NCBI GenBank assembly: GCA_011525295.1
Contig: WTGV01000043.1
Location: forward strand, 1,593 to 65,592
Direction: 5' to 3'
Origin: Pseudomonadales bacterium
Lineage (GTDB): Bacteria > Pseudomonadota > Gammaproteobacteria > Pseudomonadales > Azotimanducaceae
Length of the DNA stretch: 64,000 bases
This document shows, piece after piece, positions 17,681-26,357 of this stretch. The notes beneath the pieces were generated by a model that had not been told where the DNA came from, did not search any database, and saw nothing but the letters and a program-made list of their open reading frames with translations. The position numbers were made by a program, and so were the translations under genes. Each line of letters begins with the position of its first letter. Positions within the stretch are counted from its first letter, which is position 1.

Positions 17681-19207
17681 TTGACTGAAGTTGCAACACA
17701 ACCAGAAGCTCCACAACCGGAAGTAATCGGTACTTCCGCTCGTAAGCTTCTACCTTTTACGTTTGCCAACCGTAACGGAGTACTCGTTACGGGTGAAACG
17801 CATAACGACGATGCGGAGTTACCCGTTTATTGTCGCAGATTTCCCGATCTTCGAACGCTAGCAGAAGTCCGTCGGTTTACTGGAAGACGGAACAACTTTG
17901 TTCGCGTATCTGAATCAGAGTTCAATTCGCTTCTTCAAAAAGCTTATGAACGAGACTCCGAACAAACTCGACAAATGGTTCAGGACATTGATGAGTCCAT
18001 GGACCTCGCCAGCCTGGCTGACAATATCCCACAGGCTGAAGACCTATTAGAACAAGAAGACGACGCACCAGTCATTCGACTGATCAACGCGCTGTTGACG
18101 CAAGCAATTCGAGAAGATGCGTCAGATGTACATATTGAGACATTTCCCAATACCGTTGTAGTTCGGTTCAGAATTGATGGTGTTTTGCGCGAGATCGTGC
18201 GTTTGCAAAGAACGTTAGCACCCTTACTAGTCTCTCGAATCAAGGTGATGTCGAGATTGGATATCGCAGAAAAACGAGTCCCGCAAGATGGCCGTACGAC
18301 CCTGCGCATTGGTGGGCGAGAGCTCGACGTTCGCGTTTCGGTGATGCCGACGGGAGAAGGGGAACGAGTCGTATTAAGACTTCTCGACAAAGAAGCGAGC
18401 CGATTGAAACTTGACCATCTAGGCATGAAACCGGCAGATGTTCAGCATGTTCGAAACATCATCGCTTCGCCACATGGAATATTCTTGGTTACTGGTCCAA
18501 CAGGAGAAGGTAAAACCACGACACTTTATGCATCGCTGTCCGAATTGAATACTGAAAACGTGAACATACTCACTGTGGAAGATCCAGTCGAATATAACTT
18601 GCAGGGAATAGGGCAGACGCAGGTAAATACACGTACTGGAATGACATTTGCACGCGGGCTGCGCGCAATGTTGCGTCAAGATCCAGACATCGTCATGGTT
18701 GGGGAGATTCGGGACTTAGAAACCGCTCAAATCGCGATCCAGGCAAGTTTGACGGGGCATTTAGTACTTTCGACCCTTCATACAAACACCGCGGTCGGAA
18801 CGGTCGTCCGTTTAGTGGATATGGGCTTGGAACCTTATCTGCTCGCTACGAGTCTTACTGCCGTACTGTCCCAACGACTAGTCCGAGTCATTTGCACCAA
18901 CTGCAGGACCGAACGAGGTCCTACGGTATTAGAACGAGAGTTTATGCGAGGAATGGATGCAAAGTATTACGACATGCGCGGTTGCGATTCCTGTGGACAA
19001 ACCGGTTATCGTGGTCGTACAGGCATTTACGAGTTGTTGCTACTAGATGACCAGATGCGTCAAAAAGTTCATGACCGAGCGTCGGAACAAGAACTGAACC
19101 AACTAGCTCGAGAACTCTACCCGAGTATCAGACATGATGGTCGAGATAAAGTCCGAAGAGGAATAACTACAGTCGAAGAAGTCATGCGAGTGACCTTGGA
19201 AACCTAA
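17681..19207 (+). CDS. gspE: type II secretion system ATPase
   Basis: Walker A GPTGEGKTT, Asp and His boxes, and tetracysteine CTNC...CDSC. 508 aa. Followed by gspF-M. Confidence 0.92.
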   Translation: MTEVATQPEAPQPEVIGTSARKLLPFTFANRNGVLVTGETHNDDAELPVYCRRFPDLRTLAEVRRFTGRRNNFVRVSESEFNSLLQKAYERDSEQTRQMVQDIDESMDLASLADNIPQAEDLLEQEDDAPVIRLINALLTQAIREDASDVHIETFPNTVVVRFRIDGVLREIVRLQRTLAPLLVSRIKVMSRLDIAEKRVPQDGRTTLRIGGRELDVRVSVMPTGEGERVVLRLLDKEASRLKLDHLGMKPADVQHVRNIIASPHGIFLVTGPTGEGKTTTLYASLSELNTENVNILTVEDPVEYNLQGIGQTQVNTRTGMTFARGLRAMLRQDPDIVMVGEIRDLETAQIAIQASLTGHLVLSTLHTNTAVGTVVRLVDMGLEPYLLATSLTAVLSQRLVRVICTNCRTERGPTVLEREFMRGMDAKYYDMRGCDSCGQTGYRGRTGIYELLLLDDQMRQKVHDRASEQELNQLARELYPSIRHDGRDKVRRGITTVEEVMRVTLET

Positions 19208-19209
19208 CC

Positions 19210-20430
19210 ATGGCTGCGTTCGAGTACACCGCGCTAGACGCGAACGGCAAAACAAAAAAGGGCATTCTCGAAGGAGATAGCCTTCGACACGTCCGACAAC
19301 TGATGCGAGACATTGGGCTCACGCCCATGAATGTTGAGCTCACAACTTCAGTTGAAAAGGAAGGACAACAGGGTTTTGTCGCTCGCGCGTTTGGCAAGTT
19401 AAAGCCCATGGAAATGGTGCTCTTTACCCGCCAGCTAGCCACTCTTGTCAGTGCTGGACTGCCCTTGGAAGAAGCGATGTCTGCGGTCGCTCAACAGACT
19501 TCGCGCAAGCGAGCACGCAAAATATTTATGGCTGTTCGGACTCGAGTCGTCGAAGGACAGACTCTGACAAGAGCCATGGCAGAACACCCCGGTACTTTCA
19601 ACGAACTCTATCGGTCAACAGTTGGTGCAGGCGAGCAGTCCGGACAGCTCGACAATGTTCTCGAAAATCTAGCTGACTATCTTGAAAAACAGCATGAGTC
19701 GCGGCGGAACGTTCAGTCTGCACTGTATTACCCAATATTGTTGTTCATTGTTGCAGTCATCATCGTCGGTGGCTTGATGACGTATGTTGTACCTACAATC
19801 GTCGAAGTGTTCAGTTCTACCGGTGAAGCGCTACCACTGGTCACCGTGATATTGATCACGGTTAGCGAATTTTTGCGAGATTGGGCTTGGGCTGTTTTAA
19901 TTGGACTCCTGCTGTTTTTGTTATTAGTCAGATATTCTCTGTCCATTAACGCCATACGAATGGCATGGCATCGCGTGAAATTAAGACTACCGACGTTTGG
20001 CTGGTTCGCCCGCAGTATGAACGCCGCGCGATATGCGAACACTCTCGCAATCCTTGGATCGAGTGGTGTCCCACTTGTCGACGGTATGAATATCGCTTCC
20101 AACGTCGTAAATAACCTGTGGATTCGCCGACTCTTAGAACAAGCATATATACACGTCAGCGAAGGAACCAGCTTAAATAGAGCTCTGGATACAACGAAAC
20201 AGTTTCCACCGATTTTTATTCATATGATCGCGAGTGGAGAAATGAGTGGTTCCCTTGACAAAATGCTGTTTAAGTCCGCAGAATATCAACAACAAGAACT
20301 ACAACGAATAATCGACACGTTGGTTGAACTCTTTCGCCCAACGATGTTGTTAGTCATGGCAGGCATGGTATTTTTTATCATGATCGCCGTACTTTTACCC
20401 ATTCTCAGTATGACCCAATTGGCAATCTAA
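19210..20430 (+). CDS. gspF: type II secretion system inner-membrane platform protein
   Basis: 406 aa with a duplicated GspF domain and 3 TM segments. Starts 2 nt after gspE. Confidence 0.9.
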   Translation: MAAFEYTALDANGKTKKGILEGDSLRHVRQLMRDIGLTPMNVELTTSVEKEGQQGFVARAFGKLKPMEMVLFTRQLATLVSAGLPLEEAMSAVAQQTSRKRARKIFMAVRTRVVEGQTLTRAMAEHPGTFNELYRSTVGAGEQSGQLDNVLENLADYLEKQHESRRNVQSALYYPILLFIVAVIIVGGLMTYVVPTIVEVFSSTGEALPLVTVILITVSEFLRDWAWAVLIGLLLFLLLVRYSLSINAIRMAWHRVKLRLPTFGWFARSMNAARYANTLAILGSSGVPLVDGMNIASNVVNNLWIRRLLEQAYIHVSEGTSLNRALDTTKQFPPIFIHMIASGEMSGSLDKMLFKSAEYQQQELQRIIDTLVELFRPTMLLVMAGMVFFIMIAVLLPILSMTQLAI

Positions 20431-20431
20431 T

Positions 20432-20890
20432 ATGAGACTTATAAAACGACATTCAAACAAACAATCCAAGACAAAAGGTTTCACTCTACTCGAAATGCTA
20501 GTCGTGGTGCTCATCATCGGGCTACTCGTTACGATCGTAGTCGTCAATGTCGCGCACCGACCAGACGAAGCTAGAATAAAAACCGCAAAAGCACAGATCG
20601 CCCAAATCTCTCAAGCATTGGACATGTACAACCTCGATAATTCGCAATACCCGACCGAAGATCAAGGATTGATGGCATTGTTCGAGGAGCCCACTGGGTT
20701 TCCCGCACCCCCAGCGTGGGGACCGCAACCTTATATGCGCGGCAAGGAACCACCAAAAGACCCTTGGGGAGGTGATTACCACTACTCCATCGATGATAAG
20801 ACGGGTATGTTTCTGATCATTTCTTTTGGCGCTAAAGGTGAGGAAGGTGGCACCGGTATAGAGGAGGACATACGATCTGACGAACTATAG
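20432..20890 (+). CDS. gspG: type II secretion major pseudopilin
   Basis: Prepilin cleavage/methylation motif KGFTLLEMLVVVLIIG. 152 aa. Acidic C-terminal extension EEGGTGIEEDIRSDEL. Confidence 0.9.
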   Translation: MRLIKRHSNKQSKTKGFTLLEMLVVVLIIGLLVTIVVVNVAHRPDEARIKTAKAQIAQISQALDMYNLDNSQYPTEDQGLMALFEEPTGFPAPPAWGPQPYMRGKEPPKDPWGGDYHYSIDDKTGMFLIISFGAKGEEGGTGIEEDIRSDEL

Positions 20891-20926
20891 CCGCCTGAGT
20901 TTTTAGTCATAAGCGAATAGTCGGTC

Positions 20927-21481
20927 GTGTCCCGCAAGTCGCAACGAGGCTTTACGCTTCTTGAGTTATTAGTTACTCTCGTAATCGTCGGGATCTTAAT
21001 AACTTTCGTCGCGGTATCGTTCACTACCAATAGCTACAAGCACGAAATTCGTGCTGAGGCGAACCGATTAGCACAACGAATTGAACTAGTCCGCCGAGTA
21101 GCAACAACGCACAATGAAACTTGGGGTTTGAGTATTAGTTCCAATGGTTATCGTTTCTTGAAATTCGAACCAAGTGACGAAGAGTGGCTTGAGAGCGAAG
21201 AGAGACTGTTCCAAAATTATGACTTGCCCATGCACATGTTCTTGGAATTTGATGGCAACCTCGACATCCCCGCTCTCATTGACAAATACAACGAACAAGA
21301 ACCTGAAATGGTGATAGTGCCTGGTGGTGAAATGACCCCCTTTGTATTGAACTGTAAACACGAACATAGTGATCAGACACGCATTTTGGAGTCGGATGGA
21401 CTGAACAAAGTCGAAGTGTTCGCCATGAACGATGAGCGTGAACCATATTCCGATGATGAAGATGACGAGGAAGATGAGTAA
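20927..21481 (+). CDS. gspH: type II secretion minor pseudopilin
   Basis: QRGFTLLELLVTLVIVGIL prepilin motif and its position after gspG. Unusual acidic tail EREPYSDDEDDEEDE. Confidence 0.8.
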   Translation: MSRKSQRGFTLLELLVTLVIVGILITFVAVSFTTNSYKHEIRAEANRLAQRIELVRRVATTHNETWGLSISSNGYRFLKFEPSDEEWLESEERLFQNYDLPMHMFLEFDGNLDIPALIDKYNEQEPEMVIVPGGEMTPFVLNCKHEHSDQTRILESDGLNKVEVFAMNDEREPYSDDEDDEEDE

Positions 21482-21866
21482 GTTATTTAAACGCGGATTT
21501 ACTCTCGTTGAAATGATGGTTGCAATAGCCATTCTCGCGATATCGGCAATGATCATTTACTCAAGCAACAGTAGTGCTATTCGACATCAATTGAGTTTGG
21601 AAGAGACTACGGTAGGACATTGGTTGCTGCTTAATGAGATTGAAGAAGAAAAGATCACTCGCACCGTCGATTCGGAAGAGGAGAACGAAGTAGCAAAAGA
21701 GAAACAAGTAACGATTGGAGACAAACACTATCGAATCATTCGAGAACCGTTAGAAACTGACAGCGATATGGTAGAACTAGTTGAATTTTCAATCGAGTTA
21801 GTGGATCCTCACACTGGCGACCATTTGATAGATCGAATCACCACCGTGATGCGTAGAAGCGAATGA
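21474..21866 (+). CDS. gspI: type II secretion minor pseudopilin
   Basis: The ATG at 21474 gives MSKLFKRGFTLVEMMVAIAIL. It overlaps the gspH stop (ATGAGTAA). The ORF-track start at 21432 would add 14 aa ahead of the leader. Confidence 0.8.
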   Translation: MSKLFKRGFTLVEMMVAIAILAISAMIIYSSNSSAIRHQLSLEETTVGHWLLLNEIEEEKITRTVDSEEENEVAKEKQVTIGDKHYRIIREPLETDSDMVELVEFSIELVDPHTGDHLIDRITTVMRRSE

Positions 21867-22552
21867 AGAGATTGGGATTTACGCTCATGGAAATGCTAGT
21901 AGCCCTAGCGTTATTCGCGATGATTGGATTAATCTCTAGTCAGATGCTCTACCAAACAGCTGACTTGACTCTAACTATGGTTGGAAGAAGTGAATATATC
22001 ACCGATATACACCGTGCAATGAGTGTTTTGGATCGGGACATGCGACAAATTGTAAATAGAGGAATTCGAGATGATTTAGGAGAATTTATGGATCCTCTAA
22101 CGATAGATGACGGACGTTTGTTGCAGTTTAGTCGCATGGGTTGGTTGAATCCCCTTGACGAAGATCGAGGAACAGTACAAAGAGTGGAATACAGCATCGA
22201 GGACGGAACATTGACACGGCGTTATTGGCATGTGATGGATCGTAATCAAGAGAGCGAGCCGGTTACGCAAACGGTGATGCAAGGACAACAATTGACATTC
22301 GAGCTAGTTGACTCTGCAGGTGAAACACACACGACCTATCCAGAACCCCTCGACGTGGATGAACTCGTTCCTGAAATAGGAGATCCAACAGAAATTGCAG
22401 GCGAGGGAGAAGAAGAGGCTCGTCCGATGGCCATTCGATTGAAGCTTAGGCTACCCGGCGTTGGTGAATTTGACAAGGTCTGGGTGATACCGAGCGTCCC
22501 AACGATTCCCGAAATAGAAATCGGAGACCCTCAAGATGGTACTGCACCATAA
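21863..22552 (+). CDS. gspJ: type II secretion minor pseudopilin
   Basis: MKRLGFTLMEMLVALALF prepilin motif. 229 aa. 4-nt overlap with gspI. Confidence 0.8.
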   Translation: MKRLGFTLMEMLVALALFAMIGLISSQMLYQTADLTLTMVGRSEYITDIHRAMSVLDRDMRQIVNRGIRDDLGEFMDPLTIDDGRLLQFSRMGWLNPLDEDRGTVQRVEYSIEDGTLTRRYWHVMDRNQESEPVTQTVMQGQQLTFELVDSAGETHTTYPEPLDVDELVPEIGDPTEIAGEGEEEARPMAIRLKLRLPGVGEFDKVWVIPSVPTIPEIEIGDPQDGTAP

Positions 22553-23552
22553 GCAGCAGGCCGAAAACATGCGCAAGCTGCAATCAAAGTTGACTAAATC
22601 ACGCAACAAGGGGGTCGCAGTACTCGGCGTTTTGGCCATCGTTGGAGTCACAGGAATGCTCGCGTACCAATTGGTCTCTTTGCAATCTGTTTCCATCGCA
22701 CACGTCAAACTGACGAAAAACTACGACCAGTTGTTAGCTTATGCGTCAGGGTTAGAGGAATTGTTTTCCGCACGACTGTTGCAGGATTGGTTTGAAGCAG
22801 ATGACCGACCATTTGACAACTACGAGGAAGATTGGGCTTCCTCCAAGATAGAGTTCGAAATTTCCGATCTTGAAGAGAGTGAATTCAACATTCGTGTTTT
22901 CGATTTGCAATCGCAATTTAATGCGAATGGTCTCAACGATCCAGATAGCCTTATCGCAGGAAGCGCATTCAATAACCTTTGCTCAGAGATAAGGTTACCA
23001 TACGACACGGCGCCAAAAATACAAGATTGGATAGATGATGACGAGAGCATTCAACCGAGCGGGGGAGAGGACTTCGAATATTCACGTTACAACCCACCGT
23101 TTCGTACTCCGAACCAGTTAGTAGCGGACATTTCGGAATTTGATTACTTCCTCAATCTCAATGATGAAGAATTACAGTTTCTCAGCGACCACGTGGTGTT
23201 ACTTCCGACGAATCAATTAATTGTGAACATCAACACTGTCTCAGAACCAGTACTTGAAGCTTTGTTAGAAAGTGTCGACGTCCAAGAGGACGTACGTTCA
23301 ATAGTCAACGATGACCGAGACTACACAGACGTGGAGGAAATTATCGCGGACTACCCGTACATGGAAGCTTTACGTCCAAATTTAGCGATTAGCAGTAATT
23401 TCTTTAGACTTGAAGCTACCGTGTATATTCCCAACCTGGGTAGAATCGACTTCACATCGGAATTCTTTCGACATCCCGATGACGGCGAAGTAACGGTTTA
23501 CAAGCGTGACTTTGGAAAAAGACACGTTTGGGAAGAAGAATTCGAATATTAA
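22536..23552 (+). CDS. gspK: type II secretion minor pseudopilin
   Basis: NKGVAVLGVLAIVGVTGML lacks the Glu+5 residue, as is typical of GspK. 338 aa. The start may instead be the internal MRKLQ. Confidence 0.75.
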   Translation: MVLHHKQQAENMRKLQSKLTKSRNKGVAVLGVLAIVGVTGMLAYQLVSLQSVSIAHVKLTKNYDQLLAYASGLEELFSARLLQDWFEADDRPFDNYEEDWASSKIEFEISDLEESEFNIRVFDLQSQFNANGLNDPDSLIAGSAFNNLCSEIRLPYDTAPKIQDWIDDDESIQPSGGEDFEYSRYNPPFRTPNQLVADISEFDYFLNLNDEELQFLSDHVVLLPTNQLIVNINTVSEPVLEALLESVDVQEDVRSIVNDDRDYTDVEEIIADYPYMEALRPNLAISSNFFRLEATVYIPNLGRIDFTSEFFRHPDDGEVTVYKRDFGKRHVWEEEFEY

Positions 23553-24831
23553 AGGGCATGGAGATTTGAAAACACTATACCTACATCTTCGCGACTTTTC
23601 TTGCGAAGAAACAGAGGAAGAAGTACTTTACACCGGCACAGTCGGGTGGTACATTCAAGGAGAAGAGGGCGAAGAATCAGTCGAAGGCGAGAGTCACATC
23701 GTAGATTTAAAGGCTGATTTAGAGGAATACCTTGAGGGTACTCGATTTAATTCAACGGTGTTATTTCTAGATGATTCGTACACACTATTTGTTCAAGCGT
23801 CGGTACCCGGCCGGAGTGTACCGCAAATTCGGCGCGCGCTCCCATTCGCAGTTGAAAACTATCTATCAGACGATCTTGAGAACACACACATTGCTCACGG
23901 ACCCGTTTCTCGCGGTAGTGCGGTCGAATGCATCGCGATCAATAGTGAGCTGTTGGGAAACATTCTTCAAGCACTCAAACTTTCAGACGTGTATCCAACG
24001 GTGTGTACGACTTTTGGTATGCAAATCCCACGCCCTGAAGAAGAGCACGATGTGCATATAGTGATGGACAATGATAGTGCGTGGATTCGCACCACGGAAC
24101 AACTAGCACTTGTGAACCGAGACACACTAGCTGATGCTGTGAACTTGCTTTCCGGGAACAGAGAAACTGTCCCAGCTATCAGAATTTGGAACTTCGGTGA
24201 CGGTGATACTGACTTTTACGACGAGAGCATGTATGAACCAGAACTTTTCGATTACAAAGGTCTGAGTTTCGTGTCTTACGCTATCGAACATTACAGCGCT
24301 AATGATTGTGTAAATCTCTTACAAGGTAAGTACTCGTCTAAAGAAAACGCAACGGTAAACGTGCGGCGTTGGATTATGACCGGCGTATTTGGTCTTGTTT
24401 GCCTATATGCATACATCGCCCTACAAGCCGCCGAGGGAATGTGGGCAATGTTCAAGGTAAATGCTGTGCAAGACGAGATGAAAGCACAGTTCGTAGAGAT
24501 CTATGAAGAGCAACCACGTGGATCAAACATCGCCCAACAAATGCGAACTAGATTAGGTGTTGCGGGCGATACAACGCGAGAATTTGATGTGTTGATCGAA
24601 AGATTAGCGGAAGTCGTGAGTTCACCCTCGCATTCTCCTCTAATAAAGTCGATTCGATATTCCGCGGCGATTAATGAACTTAGTGTTGAATACTATGTTT
24701 CTGATTTTGAGGCGATGCAATCCTTCATTGATTCAATGAAGAGCGACAACAAGTTCACCGTTACACAAGGCAACGCACTGACAGAAACCGAAAATTCAGT
24801 ACGAGCAAGCCTCAAGGTATCTTTGAAATGA
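23506..24831 (+). CDS. gspL: type II secretion inner-membrane protein
   Basis: Lies between gspK and gspM. Cytoplasmic domain, a single TM (WIMTGVFGLVCLYAYIALQAA) and a periplasmic domain. The start is uncertain: GTG 23506 overlaps gspK, and TTG 23566 is the alternative. Confidence 0.7.
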   Translation: MTLEKDTFGKKNSNIKGHGDLKTLYLHLRDFSCEETEEEVLYTGTVGWYIQGEEGEESVEGESHIVDLKADLEEYLEGTRFNSTVLFLDDSYTLFVQASVPGRSVPQIRRALPFAVENYLSDDLENTHIAHGPVSRGSAVECIAINSELLGNILQALKLSDVYPTVCTTFGMQIPRPEEEHDVHIVMDNDSAWIRTTEQLALVNRDTLADAVNLLSGNRETVPAIRIWNFGDGDTDFYDESMYEPELFDYKGLSFVSYAIEHYSANDCVNLLQGKYSSKENATVNVRRWIMTGVFGLVCLYAYIALQAAEGMWAMFKVNAVQDEMKAQFVEIYEEQPRGSNIAQQMRTRLGVAGDTTREFDVLIERLAEVVSSPSHSPLIKSIRYSAAINELSVEYYVSDFEAMQSFIDSMKSDNKFTVTQGNALTETENSVRASLKVSLK

Positions 24832-25316
24832 CCAACAAATTAGCTGAACAGTTTTCAGAATCATCTGTGGCACGATGGTTCCGTACATTATCGAAGCGAG
24901 AACAAGTTCTCATTTACATAGTTCTAGTTCTTGTGGGAATAGTCTTGAGTCTCGTACTACTGACGTCTGTGCAGAAATTTCGTGATGACACAGTCTTGGC
25001 ACTACACGAAAAACAAGCGGATTTAGTTTGGATGAATGCAAACGTTGATCAAGCCAGATTAAAAGCAGGTATGAGACGAGCAGGAACTGAAGGAGATTGG
25101 CGTCCAATCTATCGTAACGCAGAGTTACACAACATTGAAATTCGAAGTATAGAACAAGGATCCGACGGTGCTACTATTTACATAGAGGCACATCCTTTTC
25201 AGGATATACTGAATTGGATATTTTCTTTGCAGGAGGATGCTGGAATGCGAGTTCAACAAGTGAATTTCAATGAGTCGGACCCTGGCAACGTTACTACAAA
25301 CTTGGTCCTTCAGTAA
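24828..25316 (+). CDS. gspM: type II secretion inner-membrane protein
   Basis: 162 aa with one N-terminal TM (VLIYIVLVLVGIVLSLVLLTSV). 4-nt overlap with gspL and last gene of the cluster. Confidence 0.7.
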   Translation: MTNKLAEQFSESSVARWFRTLSKREQVLIYIVLVLVGIVLSLVLLTSVQKFRDDTVLALHEKQADLVWMNANVDQARLKAGMRRAGTEGDWRPIYRNAELHNIEIRSIEQGSDGATIYIEAHPFQDILNWIFSLQEDAGMRVQQVNFNESDPGNVTTNLVLQ

Positions 25317-25332
25317 CATTACACCACCGTTT

Positions 25333-25370
25333 GTCGAGATTCTTGCTTGAAACCTCGACTTTTCTTTTTG
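25333..25370 (+). terminator. rho-independent terminator after gspM
   Basis: GTCGAG (25333-38) pairs with CTCGAC (25354-59), followed by TTTTCTTTTTG. Confidence 0.6.
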
Positions 25371-25387
25371 ATTCTTGAGGTATTTCA

Positions 25388-25807
25388 ATGTCTGACTGTA
25401 GCGTTTACTTAACTTTTAATGGAAATTGTCGAGAAGCTTTCGACTTTTATCGAAGTGTTTTCGGTGGTGATTTTGATTACATAACAACTTTCGATGAACT
25501 TCCAGAAAAGTATGAGAGAGCACCAGAAGACAGTGATCGAATCATGCATGTTTCACTTCCCGTAAAAGAAGGATTACTGATGGGAAGCGATACTTTTAGT
25601 GCTATGGGTAATGTTGATTTCGGAAACAACTTTTCGATTTCAGTAACAACTTCGTCCATTGAAGAAACTGATACCTTCATGGAGCGAATGTCTACTAACG
25701 GCAAAGTTACCATGCCAGCCGAAAAAACCTTCTGGGGTGCTTATTTTGGTATGTGTTGCGACCAGTTTGGAATAAACTGGATGTTTAGCTGCCCAGCAGA
25801 AGAGTAG
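25388..25807 (+). CDS. VOC-superfamily protein, PhnB/YjdN-like (3-demethylubiquinone-9 methyltransferase-domain family)
   Basis: YLTFNGNCREAFDFYRSVFGG ... IMHVSL ... LMGSD ... FWGAYFGMCCDQFGINWMF matches the PF06983-type pattern. 139 aa. Confidence 0.7.
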   Translation: MSDCSVYLTFNGNCREAFDFYRSVFGGDFDYITTFDELPEKYERAPEDSDRIMHVSLPVKEGLLMGSDTFSAMGNVDFGNNFSISVTTSSIEETDTFMERMSTNGKVTMPAEKTFWGAYFGMCCDQFGINWMFSCPAEE

Positions 25808-25836
25808 TCCAACTCTTCCGAGCGTTCGTCTCACTC

Positions 25837-25867
25837 GTACCGTTTAAGCTCTGACGGTACTTTGTTT
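25837..25867 (+). terminator. rho-independent terminator after the VOC gene
   Basis: GTACCGT (25837-43) pairs with ACGGTAC (25854-60), followed by TTTGTTT. Confidence 0.6.
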
Positions 25868-26313
25868 CAAAACACTTAAACAAGCTACTCGAAAAACGGC
25901 GACTATTTGCGGACTAATCCGATTGGGCTTGTACTGGGCGACAAGCAAGATTATGATCGTGTTAGGCACAATAATCCTACCTAGCCAACTCACAGCGTGT
26001 ATTTGCTCGACTGAGCGTTGGATTCGCGGCGATTTACGAATCTCCGCTAATCTTTGGTTGACGAGTTCGGTGTGATGCTGCTAATGTGAGAGTAGGGTTT
26101 CGGAATCTGTGGTTCTTGATCTAAGGGATCCTGACTAGTCTTTATACCAACTATCGTTTCTAAGCCGTAATACTGGGTTAGAGGCTCCTTTCGTTGGCTT
26201 ACACATTATTTATTTAACATAATATATATTATACGCAATTATATATATGCAAATATCTGCCCGTAATATACCCCCTAACGCCAGCTTGTGTAAATGTACC
26301 GAAAGTCGAAAGC

Positions 26314-26341
26314 TGAACACAAGCCTTTAGAAATGTGTTCA
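26314..26341 (-). terminator. possible terminator hairpin downstream of the ABC exporter operon
   Basis: TGAACACA (26314-21) pairs with TGTGTTCA (26334-41), 17 nt past the stop at 26358. The T tract on the minus strand is weak. Confidence 0.35.
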
Positions 26342-26357
26342 AACTGAGTTAAGAAGA

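Noticed and set aside
25953-26075. A 40-codon ORF (MIVLGTIILPSQLTACICST...) with a lipobox-like LTAC inside the 550-bp spacer.
   Set aside because: It has no SD. It is very short and has no supporting context. It could easily arise by chance.
26209-26259. An AT-rich (TA)n tract, considered as a CRISPR leader or repeat, an IS end or a replication origin.
   Set aside because: There are no direct repeats with regular spacing, no terminal inverted repeats longer than 7 bp (only ACAAGCT/AGCTTGT at 25888 and 26283), no transposase and no DnaA-box cluster.
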